NCBI GenBank assembly: GCA_012295275.1
Contig: CM022667.1
Span: 9,362,001-9,426,000 of the forward strand
Reading direction: 5' to 3'
From: Chrysomallon squamiferum
Lineage: Eukaryota > Animalia > Mollusca
Length of the DNA stretch: 64,000 bases
Shown: positions 21,118-49,589 of the stretch, in pieces
Position numbering within the stretch: the first letter of the stretch is position 1
Layout of the letters: each line of letters begins with the position of its first letter
The notes under the pieces: generated by a model
Databases searched by the model: none
Told to the model about the DNA's origin: nothing
What the model saw: the letters and a program-made list of their open reading frames with translations, nothing else
Made by a program: the position numbers and the translations under genes

Positions 21118-22121
21118 GTTTTGTTATCATCACATGGTTTTCAATAACGTTTTTATTTTTTTACATATTTGTCTAATAAGCAACCCACATTCATACCTGC
21201 TTACCCGTACATATATAGCCTTTTACACACACGCACACGCACACGCATACACACACATACATACACACACACAGTCATAAACACACATACACAAATACAA
21301 ACAGAAAAAGCACACACACACACACACACAAACAGTAGACACGTACAGATACGTAAATATAGACATGCATATGTTATTCACGTGTGTTATTCAAATAGAC
21401 GCACATGAAAAACAAAACGAAACGGACACACATTCACGCACAAAAACGTATGTACGTAGTCAAATAGTTCACCTAGCATCTGTTCGTGTACTGTGACATC
21501 AGTTCTCAAAAATTCCACACAGTTACCGAAAGATTTCTTAAATTCGTCTGCCGTTCGTTGTCCTTTATCTGCATCTATGTCGCACATGAAAACCTAAAAG
21601 TAATCGTAAATTCAAAAGGAAAAAAAGAAAAAGAAAGAAATTATAGAAATAAAAGTATTAAAGAAAGAAAAGAAGTAATTTAAATAAATAAACAAATAAA
21701 GAAAGAAATAATAGGGACGGAAGTCGGCATAGATTACTACGGTTTCTAATTTAGGAGAGAAAGAGAGAGAGAAAAACAGAGAGAGAGAGACATACATACA
21801 GACAGACAGACAGACAGAGAGAGAGGTAACAATAACAGATAGATAAAGAAAAGTACCCTTGCTCCTTCACAGAGAAGTGCTTTACAAAAGGCTTTTCCTA
21901 AACCATCGGCGGCCCCAGTCACAAGAGCCACTTTGCCTTCCAGTTTGCACGGTGGTTTGGATGGTTTGGGTGGTTCCGGACAGACTGGTTTCACCGGCGG
22001 ACAGGAAGGTGTTGGCGGACAACTGATTAATAATTAAAACACATTATTCGTACAGCAGAAGCACACACACAGACACACGTACACATAAACACTAACAGCA
22101 CTGCGATCAGACTTACCTCAT
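18161..22121 (-). CDS. 15-hydroxyprostaglandin dehydrogenase-like classical SDR, paralog A (276 aa, 8 coding exons)
   Basis: Exons (minus): 22121-22117 (ATGAG|GTAAGT), 22022-21857, 21593-21473, 20946-20834, 20208-20112, 19425-19349, 18952-18804, 18263-18161. All GT-AG, total 831 nt ending TGA. Motifs: [44 protein letters not shown]. Intron positions match paralog B. Confidence 0.92.
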
Positions 22122-22266
22122 TTTAGAACAGATTTTATGTCGTTTCTTTTATTGGTTTTGCTCTGCACAAATGACCGAACTTTACCTGTGTGTAATGTAT
22201 ATGCAAAGGAAGGTAGTCTAAATACAAAACTGTAAATATTCAAACTGAAAAAAAAAAAAAAAATAA

Positions 22267-22306
<40 letters not shown>

Positions 22307-22478
22307 GGCAAACTAAAGAGAAAAAAAATAAATAAAAAGTACTTAAAAACGTAGAACGACGGTTTTTATGACGTAATTCAATGACGTGGAGCAAGGAAAT
22401 CCTCCCATCTTTCCAGATGGTGAAGGAATTAAGAAAGAGAATGAGCGACCTAGACAGAAATGTAAAGATATGTTTGTA

Positions 22479-22527
<49 letters not shown>

Positions 22528-23295
22528 GTAATAGTAATAATAACAATAATGTTGGAGCAAAGCCAAAGGCATTCATACAAATCAGCGAAGCTCAGAAACG
22601 AATATTAAATGGCGCGGACCTGTTCATTGTTTTCAGTCAGACTTCGTCGGATCTTTCGTCAGACGTGTACGCTGCAATTTTGGACTTTACAAGAAGATTT
22701 TAAATGACGAGTATCTACGTCATCGGCAGCAGCTTTGTGTTGTCGTTGATGTTTGTAGCAGATTATTCTTTATCGTTATTTATTTATTTACTGAGCTCAG
22801 GCTAAACACAGATGTGTTCCAGATATCAGAACGTTTCTAGAAGTGCTAGCATTTAAAGACGTATATTAATTTAACGTGCCGAACATTGAGATAAACAACG
22901 ACAACAACAACAACAAGAAAAAAAATAAATAAATAAATAAATAAATAAAATCAATGATACTACTAAGTACAGCGTATGGTGAATTTTAAATATTTACCGA
23001 AAATCTTAAAAGCTTTTTTTTAATTTTATTTTTTTATTACTCCTTAAAAGCATTAGACTTCTGATACTATATTACTATTATTTTTTTTTAATTTTTTTTT
23101 TTTTTTTTGGGGGGGGTATATAAAGTCCAAAGTTAATCCCACTATAAAAAAAAAAAAAAAAAAAAAAAAATGTTTTGTGATCTAAAAATAGCCTTCTTAT
23201 TTGTGATTATTTATTCACTATTCAGTAGTAGTTAGCTTTTTATTAGACTTTTGTGGAAATTCCTTGGAATGAACATCACTTTTCAGTTTCTGCCT

Positions 23296-23351
<56 letters not shown>

Positions 23352-23912
23352 ACGTTCCGTAATGTTATTGATCATAGCTCTGATGTTTTCAGTGGAAATG
23401 ATATTGACAACAGGGAGTAAATAGCTCTGATGTTTTTCTGGAATATATGGAGATGGAGGATATCGGTCTAAAATAATTCATGCATACAACTTATAATAAA
23501 TACAGGATTTTTTTTTATTATTGATATATATTTACATATACATACATATATATTTACAGAACAATACAAAACCTGCAACATATCTCTTGTCGCAAAAGTA
23601 TTCGGAATTAGAAGCTTTTCGTATACCTGAATTTCAGATAAGTGAAACTCCACCTGTATTTAATATCAGCGTTCACCGACTTGCTTTAAGTAAGTAACAG
23701 TTTAAACAGTAATGAAACGAAACTGAAGTGATCGAAATAGGAATAAATAAAAAAATAAATAAATATATATCCAAAAAAATAAAATAATAATAAAAAATAA
23801 AAAAATAAAAAAAATAAATAAAAAAATAAATAAATAATAAAAGAAAAGAAAACAAAACAAAATGAAATGAAATGAAACGAAATAAATTATTTAAAATAAA
23901 ATAAAATAAAAT

Positions 23913-23945
<33 letters not shown>

Positions 23946-24026
23946 ACAAAATGAAATGAAATGAAACGAAATAAATTATTTAAAATAAAATAAATTAAAA
24001 TAAAATAAAATATATTTAGCGTTCTC

Positions 24027-24059
<33 letters not shown>

Positions 24060-24476
24060 AAATAAGAGAAAAGTTATTTACAGATATCAGATCAGTACAA
24101 CAAGGGTAACTCCCATAAATAAGTAATTAAACTGTGTTAGCAGAACAACCTCATCAACTGAAACGATGCAGAAGTATCCATGCATGAAGCTCTTTTTGAA
24201 GAGCCTCACTCGTTTAATAACATATGCAAATAACAACATTAAACTCCCGCGTGATTCGTATGTACAGAACTGTTGCTGTTACTGTTGTCATCGATGCCAT
24301 TGTCAATTCTTTTGTTTTTCTTGACGGTTGCCGTTATTACTTGGAAAGTTATAAATGATAAATATTATTCTGATTCCGTTGTCTGCAGGACTGTTGCTAT
24401 CGTGAATTGAAACGTATTTTAATAAACACAGTTCTTTATTTTTTCCTCTTTTTTTTTTTGCCCTGTCGTTACGACA

Positions 24477-26698
<2,222 letters not shown>

Positions 26699-27689
26699 CG
26701 CATCCAATCTTTAAACGTCCCGAATTACAAGAGCTGCAGCAAAAACAAATGAAATGAGCACGAAACACAAGTTTATTGAAATAAATAATTATTTTCTAAA
26801 CTGACTGCAAAGCGACAACAAAACAATTACAATAAAAAGATGTCGATCAATCGCAGGTCTTGTTAGCCAGGACTAAATAAAAGTAAGCGAATCATAAAAT
26901 GGCAAAATTTTGTAAATAATTGAAAGAAACTTTGTTTTATTTCAGCAGTGAAAAAAAAAAAACCGTTTGTTCTGAGCATGAAGATCGATTCGATGACTTA
27001 TTGGTGATCGTAGATTTATTCTTTGTGCAAATTAATAATTCAGTTATTGCAAACTGGGAATAAGCACGATCTTTAAACTGGATTCACTGCCTAGCTTTCT
27101 GCAAATTACATTTTAGACATTAATTTTAAATATATATGTGTGTGTGTGTGTATGTGTGTGTATACCTATGTCCACCATGTTTGTGCATGTGTATATATAC
27201 GTATGTATGTCTACCATGTTTGTTTGTATGTATATATGTGTGTATGTCCACCATTTGTGTTCGTGTGTGTATACGTGTGTATGTGGCTACACATTTGTGC
27301 ATGTGTGTGTTTTACAGAAAATAATTTCAAATTAATACTACTTTATAACGTCTTCTTAATTTTATTCAGTTATGTAAGACAGAGTATATGCATAGCGTTT
27401 AATGTTTTATTCAGTAATCACTCTCTCAGTGTTAGGAAATAAGACAACTCAGATTTTTAATACCTGCTCACTCTAATTTGCGTATACACAAAGAAAACGA
27501 AAATTGCAAAACAGCCAACTTTTCATTTATTTATTTGTGTTTTTTATATATTGATAATTAATTCGCAAACTATATCAAAACGTAAATATTAAATATGTGT
27601 ATAAAACTACATTATCTGTAGAGCTCTTTGACGGTAAACCGTTGCACGGCCCTTAGCTACACCCTAATAGGGCCTCGTTCGAGCTGTGG

Positions 27690-28675
27690 AAACATATATA
27701 TATGTGTGTGTATGTGTTTGTGTGTGTGTGTTTGTGTGTGTGTGTGTGCGTGTGTTAGAAAGATAGAAAGAGAGAGAGAAAGAGAGATGAAGTAAAGGTG
27801 AAAATGTATTTTGAAACATGTTTCTTTCATCGATAATTACACGCACGCACACACACGCACACGCACACACACACGCACAGACACACAAACACAAACACGC
27901 ACATACACACAAACACAAACACACACGCATAAACACACACAAAAACCCATGCACGCGCACACACACAAGCACACAAACAAACGCACACACAAGCAGAGAC
28001 ACACGCACGCATACTGGTTGTATTATAAAAAAACAAAAAAAACAAAAAACAAAACATTTATTTATTGGTAAAAATTCCGTCATAGACGACGTGTCAGGAG
28101 AAGATGACGTCGCTGCAGCCGTTTACATTGAAATGTTTCGTTCACGACCTCGTTTCAGGTGACTCCGTGTACTACATCGGCCTCACTGACGAAGCGGAGG
28201 AGGGCAAGTTTGTCTGGGTGAACGGAAATGACGTCAGCTTTACGAAATGGGACGCCGGGGAACCCAATAACTATAAGAACGAGGACGTCGTGGTGTTGGT
28301 AAACAATGACAACGTCTGGAACGACGTCCACTCTAATGTGAGTCGCAGATACATTTGTGAAAAAGTCATATAATGTCGTAACGACAGGGCAAGAAAAAAA
28401 AGAGGAAAAAATAAAGAACTGTGTTTATTAAAATACGTTTCAATTCACGATAGCAACAGTCCTGCAGACAACGGAATCCGAATAATATTTATTATTTATA
28501 ATTTTCCAAGTAATAACGGCAACCGTCAAGAAAAACAAAAGAATTGACAATGGCATCGATGACAACAGTAACAGCAACAGTTCTGTACATAGGAATCACG
28601 CGGGAGTTTAATGTTGTTATTTGCACGTTATTAAATGAGTGAGGCTCTTCGTTTTGTTTTGTTTTGTTTTGTTTT

Positions 28676-28711
<36 letters not shown>

Positions 28712-29115
28712 TATATATATATTTTTTATTATTTTATATATGTATATGTTTAGTTATTTAGTTATTCCTATTTCGGTCACTTCAGTTTCGTTTCATTACT
28801 GTTTAAACTGTTACTTACTTAAAGCAAGTCGGTGAACGCTGATATTAAATACAGGTGGAGTTTCACTTATCTGAAACTCTGGTATACGAAAAGCTTCTAA
28901 TTCCGAATAATTTTGCGATATGTGATATGTTACAGGTTTCGTATTGTTCTGTAAATATAGAGACTGTGAAAAAAAATAAAAAATAAAAAAATAATAATAA
29001 TAAAAAATAAATTACTTATTTATGGGAGTTACCCTTGTTGTACTGATCTGATATCTGTAAATAACTTTTCTCTTATTTAATTTTTTTTTTCTTATAGAGA
29101 ACGCTAAATATATTT
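27690..29115 (+). repeat. Composite inverted duplication of the lectin 3' end and flank
   Basis: 27690-28650 is the reverse complement of ~24200-25163. ~28760-28975 is the reverse complement of ~23540-23745 (also of ~29600-29785). ~29010-29115 is the reverse complement of ~24010-24130. Confidence 0.85.
28159..28373 (+). pseudogene. Orphan inverted CTLD last exon (EPN/WND)
   Basis: Intact acceptor tttcag| and open 215-nt exon (DSVYYIGLTD..WDAGEPNNYKNEDVVVLVNNDNVWNDVHS..YICEKVI*). No plus-strand leader, PAN or exon-3 partner upstream. Confidence 0.75.
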
Positions 29116-29836
29116 ATAGAGAGAGAGAGAGAGAGAACATTATGTCACACATGTCTCCATGTATATGTGTGCATGTGTGTGTCTCTGTGTGTGTGCATGT
29201 GTGTGTATGCGTGTGTGCGTGTGTGAGTGTGCGTGTGGTCGAACTGTCACAGTGGTTTTTCAGAGATGTAACTTTCTTTCTTAGTACAACAGATGTCACC
29301 CCATTTGCCAAACTCAGTCACTTAAAATAGTATTAGTGGAAGTAGCTTCACTTAAAATAGTATTAGTGGAAGTAGCTTCACTTAAAAGATAAACAGAGGT
29401 ATTTCTAGTACTAGTAAAATAAGTACTATTTGTTGTAGTTCTTGTAGATGCAGCCGTAGTAGCAGCAGTATTATCAGTTGTCGTTGTAGTGAGTAGGAAC
29501 AATAATGGTAGTAGAAGTATCAGCAGTAGTAGCAGTAAAATAAGAAAAAACAAGATATATTCCTATTTATATCTTTTTTTTTTTTTTATTATTATTATTA
29601 ATATTTTTTTTACAGTCTGTATATTTACAGAACAATACAAAACCTGTAACATATCACATATCGCAAAATTATTCGGAATTAGAAGCTTTTCGTATATCAG
29701 AATTTCAGATAAGTGAAACTCCAACTGTATTTAATATCAGCATTCACCGACTAGCTTTAAGTAAGTAACAGTTTAAACAGTAATCAACATTATATCTTTA
29801 TTGTTTCCTCTTTTTTTTTGCCCTGTCGTTACGACA

Positions 29837-31977
<2,141 letters not shown>

Positions 31978-32409
31978 CGCATCCAATCTTTAAACGTCCC
32001 GAAATACAAGTGCTGCAGCAAAAACAAATGAAATGAGCACGAAACACAAGTTTATTGAAATAAATAATTATTTTCTAAACTGACTGCAAAGCGACAACAA
32101 AACAATTACAATAAAAAGATGTCGATCAATCGCAGGTCTTGTTAGCCAGGACTAAACAAAAGTAAGCGAATCATAAAATGGCAAAATTTTGTAAATAATT
32201 GAAAGAAATTTTGTTTTATTTCAGCTGTGAAAAAAAAAAACACCGTTTGTTCTGAGCATGAAGATCGATTCGATGACTTATTGGTGATCGTAGATTTATT
32301 CTTTGTGCAAATTAATAATTCAGTTATTGCAAACTGGGAATAGGCACGATCTTTAAACTGGATTCACTGCCTAGCTTTCTGCAAATTACATTTTAGACAT
32401 TAATTTTAA

Positions 32410-32456
<47 letters not shown>

Positions 32457-33261
32457 GGTGGGTGAGTGTGGGTGGGTGGGTGTGGGTGTGGGTGTCTGTG
32501 GGAATGTGTATATATATATCTCTACATATTTGTGTGTATGTATACGTATGTCCACCATGTTTGTGCATGTGTATATATACGTGTGTTTGTGGCTACACAT
32601 TTGTGCATGTGTGTGTTTTACAGAAAATAATTTCAAATTAATTACTACTTTATAACGTCTTCTTAATTTTATTCAGTTATGTAAGACAGAGTATATGCAT
32701 AGCGTTTAATGTTTTATTCAGTAATCACTCTCTCAGTGTTAGGAAATAAGACAACTCAGATTTTTAATACCTGCTCACTCTAATTTGCGTATACACAAAG
32801 AAAACGAAAATTGCAAAACAGCCAACTTTTCATTTATTTATTTGTGTGTTTCTAAATATAATTATCATTAATTCGCAAGCTATATCAAAACATAAATATT
32901 AAATATGTGTATAAAACTACATTATCTGTAGAGCTCTTTCACGATAAACCGTTGCAGGGCCCTTAACTACACCCTAATAGGGCCTCGTTCAAGCTGTGGA
33001 AAGTTTTCTCAGCGATATTTAGATGTGTTGTTTTCTGTGTTTCTTTAACATAGCAAATTGGTCCTAACTTATCAACTTAAACACGGATCGCAATTTTGGT
33101 TATACATTTTTTACTATAGCTATTTTTTTTACTTATTATAATATTTTATATTGTTGTACTTTTAAGGTAAAGTTTTTCAAAATGTCGGTAACATATTTAC
33201 TATTTACCTAAATAGCTTACTTCAGTACACGTATTCCTATCAGTTTGTTTTAATTAAATAT

Positions 33262-33339
<78 letters not shown>

Positions 33340-33374
33340 GAAAAAGAGACAGAGAGAGAGAGAGATTATGAAAA

Positions 33375-33489
<115 letters not shown>

Positions 33490-34161
33490 ATTATGTCACA
33501 CATGTCGCCATGTATATGTGTGCATGTGTGTGTCTCTGTGTGTGTGCATGTGTGTCTATGCGTGTGTGCGTGTGTGAGTGTGCGTGTGGTCGAACTGTCA
33601 CAGTGGTTTTTCAGAGATGTAACTTTCTTTCTTAGTACAACAGATGTCACCCCATTTGCCAAACTCAGTCACTTAAAATAGTATTAGTGGAAGTAGCTTC
33701 ACTTAAAAGATAAACAGAGGTATTTCTAGTACTAGTAAAATAAGTACTATTTGTTGTAGTTCTTGTAGATGCAGCCGTAGTAGCAGCAGTATTATCAGTT
33801 GTCGTTGTAGTGAGTAGGAACAATAATGGTAGTAGAAGTATCAGCAGTAGTAGCAGTAAAATAAGAAAAAACAAGATATATTCCTATTTATATCTTTTTT
33901 TCTTTTTTTTTTTATTATTATTAATATTTTTTTTACAGTCTGTATATTTACAGAACAATACAAAACCTGTAACATATCACATATCGCAAAATTATTCGGA
34001 ATTAGAAGCTTTTCGTATATCAGAATTTCAGATAAGTGAAACTCCACCTGTATTTAATATCAGCATTCACCGACTAGCTTTAAGTAAGTAACAGTTTAAA
34101 CAGTAATCAACATTATATCTTTATTGTTTCCTCTTTTTTTTTTTGCCCTGTCGTTACGACA

Positions 34162-36363
<2,202 letters not shown>

Positions 36364-36797
36364 CGCATCCAATCTTTAAACGTCCCGAAATACAAGAGCT
36401 GCAGCAAAAACAAATGAAATGAGCACGAAACACAAGTTTATTGAAATAAATAATTATTTTCTAAACTGACTGCAAAGCGACAACAAAACAATTACAATAA
36501 AAAGATGTCGATCAATCGCATGTCATGCCAGCCAGGACTAAATAAAAGTAAGCGAATCATAAAATGGCAAAATTTTGTAAATAATTGAAAGAAACTTTGT
36601 TTTATTTCAGCTGTGAAAAAAAAAAAAACACCGTTTGTTCTGAGCATGAAGATCGATTCGATGACTTATTGGTGATCGTAGATTTATTCTTTGTGCAAAT
36701 TAATAATTCAGTTATTGCAAACTGGGAATAAGCACGATCTTTAAACTGGATTCACTGCCTAGCTTTCTGCAAATTACATTTTAGACATTAATTTTAA

Positions 36798-36846
<49 letters not shown>

Positions 36847-37665
36847 GGTGGGTGGGTGGGGGTGGGTGGGTGGGTGTGGGTGTGGGTGTCTGTGGGTGGG
36901 TGGTGTGTATATATATATCTCTACATATTTGTGTGTATGTATACGTATGTCCACCATGTTTGTGCATGTGTATATATACGTATGTATGTGGCTACACATT
37001 TGTGCATGTGTGTGTTTTACAGAAAATAATTTCAAATTAATACTACTTTATAACGTCTTCTTAATTTTATTCAGTTATGTCAGACAGAGTATATGCATAG
37101 CGTTTAATGTTTTATTCAGTAATCACTCTCTCAGTGTTAGGAAATAAGACAACTCAGATTTTTAATACCTGCTCACTCTAATTTGCGTATACACAAAGAA
37201 AACGAAAATTGCAAAACAGCCAACTTTTCATTTATTTATTTGTGTGTTTCTAAATATATTTATCATTAATTCGCAAGCTATATCAAAACATAAATATTAA
37301 ATATGTGTATAAAACTACATTATCTGTAGAGCTCTTTCACGATAAACCGTTGCAGGGCCCTTAACTACACCCTAATAGGGCCTCGTTCAAGCTGTGGAAA
37401 GTTTTCTCAGCGATATTTAGATGTGTTGTTTTCTGTGTTTCTTTAACATAGCAAATTGGTCCTAACTTATCAACTTAAACACGGATCGCAATTTTGGTTA
37501 TACATTTTTTTACTATAGCTATTTTTTTTTTTACTTATTATAATATTTTATATTGTTGTACTTTTTAAGGTAAAAGTTTTTCAAAATGTCGGTAACATAT
37601 TTACTATTTACCTAAATAGCTTACTTCAGTACACATATTCCTATCAGTTTGTTTTAATTAAATAT

Positions 37666-37719
<54 letters not shown>

Positions 37720-37787
37720 GAGAGAGAGAGAGAGAGAGAGAGAGATTATGTGAAAAGAGACATGTGTGTATGTGTGAGAGAGAGAGA

Positions 37788-37836
<49 letters not shown>

Positions 37837-38640
37837 CACAGTGGAGAGAGAGAGAGAGAGAGAGAGAGACAACAGAGAGAGAGATTTTGTCAAACTCAAG
37901 AGAGAGATAGAGAGAGAGAACATTATTAAAAAGATAAACATGAGGTATTTCTAGTGTAGTAAAATAAGTACTATTTGTTGTGTTCTTGTGTGTGTATGTG
38001 TGTGTGCGTGTGTGAGTTGTCGTTGTGGTCGAACTGTCACAGTGGTAGTTTTCAGAGATGTAACTTTCTTTCTAAGAAACAACAGATGTCACCCCATTTG
38101 CCAAATATATATTTTTAATTTTTTTATTATTGGAAGTTTTTTTTTAAAAATTTTATTACAGTGGATATTTAACTACGAAACCTTAAAAGATAAACAGCAA
38201 AGGTATTTCTAGTACTAATAAAATAAGTACTATTTGTTGTAGTTCTTGTAGATGCAGCCGTAGTAGCAGCAGTATTATCAGTTGTCGTTGTAGTGAGTAA
38301 GGAACAATAATGGTAGTAGAAGTATCAGCAGTAGTACAGTAAAAAAAAAAAAAACAAGATATATTCCTATTTATATCATTTTTTTTTTTTTTTTATTATT
38401 ATTAATATTTTTTTTACAGTCTGTATATTTACAGAACAATACAAAACCTGTAACATATCACATATCGCAAAATTATTCGGAATTAGAAGCTTTTCGTATA
38501 TCAAAATTTCAAATAAATGAAACTCCAACTGTATTTAATATCAGCATTCACCGACTATCTTTAAGTAAGTAACAGTTTAAACAGTAATCAACATTATATC
38601 TTTATTGTTTCCTTTTTTTTTTTGCCCTGTCGTTACGACA

Positions 38641-42474
<3,834 letters not shown>

Positions 42475-43311
42475 CTTTCAGCTGTAAACCTTCCTGGTCT
42501 GTGCGCAGTTCAGAGAATGAAAGAGTCAGTCTGCTTGTTTAATAGTGTAACTTACACTGTTATACAAACAAATAAACACAACCTTTATTTATTAATGTAT
42601 TTTACTGAGAACTGAGAATAAAGGAATAAAAAACAAAAAGGTAGCAGAAACTATTGGCCTGTGTCAGAAATTCAATACATGCTTTTTTTTTTTTTTTCTT
42701 TTTTTTTAATAAATAAATTACCTGTTAAATAGACACCAAATCGTTAAATAGACACGGTTGGTAGTATTTTTGTTTATTTATACTGTTGAGATAATAATAA
42801 TAACAATAATAAATATACAAAAATAAAAAATAAATTAAATTAATAAAATAAATAAACAAACCAACAAAGAAAGAAAGAAACAAAAACATATCTGTTATGA
42901 CTACCAGCACTTAACACATAAAACAGTTACGTCATGTAAAAGTTATATTTTTATTTATTTATTTGAGTAGAAAAAGAGATTGACAATTAAAATAATTTAT
43001 TTACTGACTGATTCAATTTCTATGTAGTCGTTATTGGTTGTTTTTATTATCATTATTATGTAGTTATTATTATTGTTGTTGTTTTTTTTTCTTGTTTTGT
43101 TTTTCTTGTTGTTGTTGTTTTTTTGTTTTTTTTTTTTTTTTTTAATATTTTTTTTTTTATTTTTCTTTGTGTTTTTTTTTTTTTTTTTTTTAAATATTTT
43201 TTTTTTTTTGGTTTGTTTATTTTTTTTTTTTTTTTTTTTTTTGGTTTGTTTGATTTTGTTTGCTGTTGTTGTTGTTGTAGTAGTAATAGTCGCTCTCCTT
43301 TTTGTGTCTTC

Positions 43312-46865
<3,554 letters not shown>

Positions 46866-47434
46866 CTCTTTCACAGCAAACTGCTTTCTTTACAAAACCA
46901 TCAACAGATACAAACGATCTAAAGGTGAGTGACTTGAGTGTGACGAACTCGAGTTCGAGTTGACGTTCATTCAGTTCTTTCATGTGACTGCGATAGTCAA
47001 AAGCGCTGGCGTCATCTCACAGCAAACAGACAATAGATAAAAAATAACAGAATCTGGATTCTCTTTCTAGCTTCATACCGGATCACAGAACTAGTTGCCA
47101 TTATTTTTCTTTGTTGTAGAGTATTATAAGGATTCGATCAACACATTCCATTAACATAAAAATTATATGAAAAGAGACAGAACGAGATAAGAAAATGTGA
47201 TTAGGAAAAATGTGACTCCGACTCTATTTTCATGATTCTTTTTATCGACTTCGATTATTAAATGTAATTATCTAATGATTTCGTTAACATATTAATTTTG
47301 TATTTATAGACAGAGTTTAGCTGAAACAGATATAGAGACACACACAGAGTCGGGGAGGGAGATTTCTGCCCATCACGAATAAGTAAAATATTTAATATCA
47401 TGTATCACTTTTATGCCTGTGTAGCATTAAAAAA

Positions 47435-47635
47435 TAATGTGACGTAATATTAAAACAATAACGTGACGTAATATTAAAAAGTAACATGACGTAATATTAA
47501 AAAATAACGTGACGTAATATTAAAAAGTAACATGACGTAATATTAAAAAATAACGTGACGTAATATTAAAAAGTAACATGACGTAATATTAAAAAATAAC
47601 GTGACGTAATATTAAAAAATAAAGTGACGTAATAT
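47435..47635. repeat. 23-bp minisatellite, 9 copies, each containing TGACGTAA
   Basis: TGACGTAA at 47440, 47464, 47487, 47510, 47533, 47556, 47579, 47602 and 47625. Units alternate aaagtaaca / aaaataacg, giving a 46-bp higher-order repeat. Confidence 0.9.
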
Positions 47636-48271
47636 ACTTTGTCAAAAAAAGAAACATAAAGGCGAAATATTTCTGGAATTATCTTTTTCGTACAAAATGG
47701 TATAATTTCGTTATTTGTGACATCTCCTTGGCAATAATAATAATAAAAAGACAATGATAATAATAATACTATGTTAGTAACAGACACACACACACACACT
47801 CACATACACACGCACACAAATACACACTTTATAATCATTGTTGTTGTGTGAAGATGTGATGACCAAAATATAGCTTTGAAGTATGGAACTGTATTTTTAC
47901 TTCGTTGAATTACTTTTTATTTACTAATCTATCTACACACACACACACGCACACGGACACATATACACAAAATATAGATAGTTAGACAAACAGACAAACA
48001 GATAGATATAATTCAAAGCTAGTTAATTGCTGATTTAGATATTAACCAGTATTTTAATATAGATTTCATTGAAAAAAAAAAAAATAAAAAAATAAATATC
48101 ACAAAATCAATACGCGAGGATCTATCGAAAACGCTGATTTGATCAATAAAACAGTAAATTGAACTGAGTGGGGTTTTGGGGTTTTTGGGGGGGTTTGTTT
48201 ACATTGCAGAAAAACAAAACAAATAACTGATGCATAGCGTCTCTCATTCAAGAAAAAGTTGGTATTTTAAG

Positions 48272-48316
<45 letters not shown>

Positions 48317-48377
48317 TATATATATATATATATATTTATCTATATTTAAATCTGCATACACACACACACATACGCCG

Positions 48378-48433
<56 letters not shown>

Positions 48434-48868
48434 ACAGACAGAATGGCAAAAACATGTATTTGATGACGGCTACCTTGCTTCACTAGTCGAATTTTTTTCT
48501 GTCGAGTTCAGTCTGTGTGAAATCACGAAAATGAAGACAGATCAATTAGCGCTAACCTAGCTGTTAATGAGAATCATTATATTATTATTCCCTACGGAGG
48601 AGACCATATAAAAAAATATCCATTAATAAAAAAAAAAATAATCAATAACCATTAATAAAAATGAAATAATAAAAAATAAAACAACCAAAATAAAAACTTT
48701 AAATGGAAAGGAAAAAAAAAAAGACATATTTTTTAATCCTAAAATATTTTTGTCTTTCTTTCGCGTTATCTGTCTGTCTGTCTGTGAACTTATATTTATT
48801 TTTGTATGTCTGTCTCTCCTGTATTATTATTTTTATTATTATCACTCTCACTTATGTTCTTATATGTG

Positions 48869-48902
<34 letters not shown>

Positions 48903-48913
48903 TATTATTATTA

Positions 48914-48969
<56 letters not shown>

Positions 48970-49037
48970 CGTCATCATCGTTGTTATTACTGTCACTGCT
49001 GTTTTTCTTATATCTGCTGTCAGTACAAAATCAAACA

Positions 49038-49073
<36 letters not shown>

Positions 49074-49589
49074 ATATATACACACACATACACACACATT
49101 AACACTCAGCGGAAATGAAAAACGTCGTAACTGTAAAATAATCTTTTGTTTATTGCTGTTTCTACTGCAATCTCTGCGAGTTAGTTCTAGGTAAACGCTT
49201 TTTGATGATGCTTCATTCAGTTTTTGTATACTTTGTGTTATCACCTTATTTCATTTAGATAGTTTTTCTATTCATAAGAGAGCCTGGACTTTTTTCTTCT
49301 ACAAAAACCTTTCTTGTTTAATGGTTTTATGTGTGTTTTACGTACGTATCTGTTGCTTTTTAAATTAAGTTGCGTCTTTTTTTAAAATATTTTTACATCG
49401 ATTATTGTATTTCGCGCTCTCCAGTCTCAGTCTTTGTTTTGTCGATGTGTTTATTTTCGTTACGTGTGTCTGTTTGTCTTTCCCAGCTCTCTGTTTCTGG
49501 AACACTCGAAAAACAAAGTACTTCAACAAGTGTGTTTTCAATATTTCAAAGAAATGTATTTTCTTTGATTTTTGTAAGACGGGTAGTTT

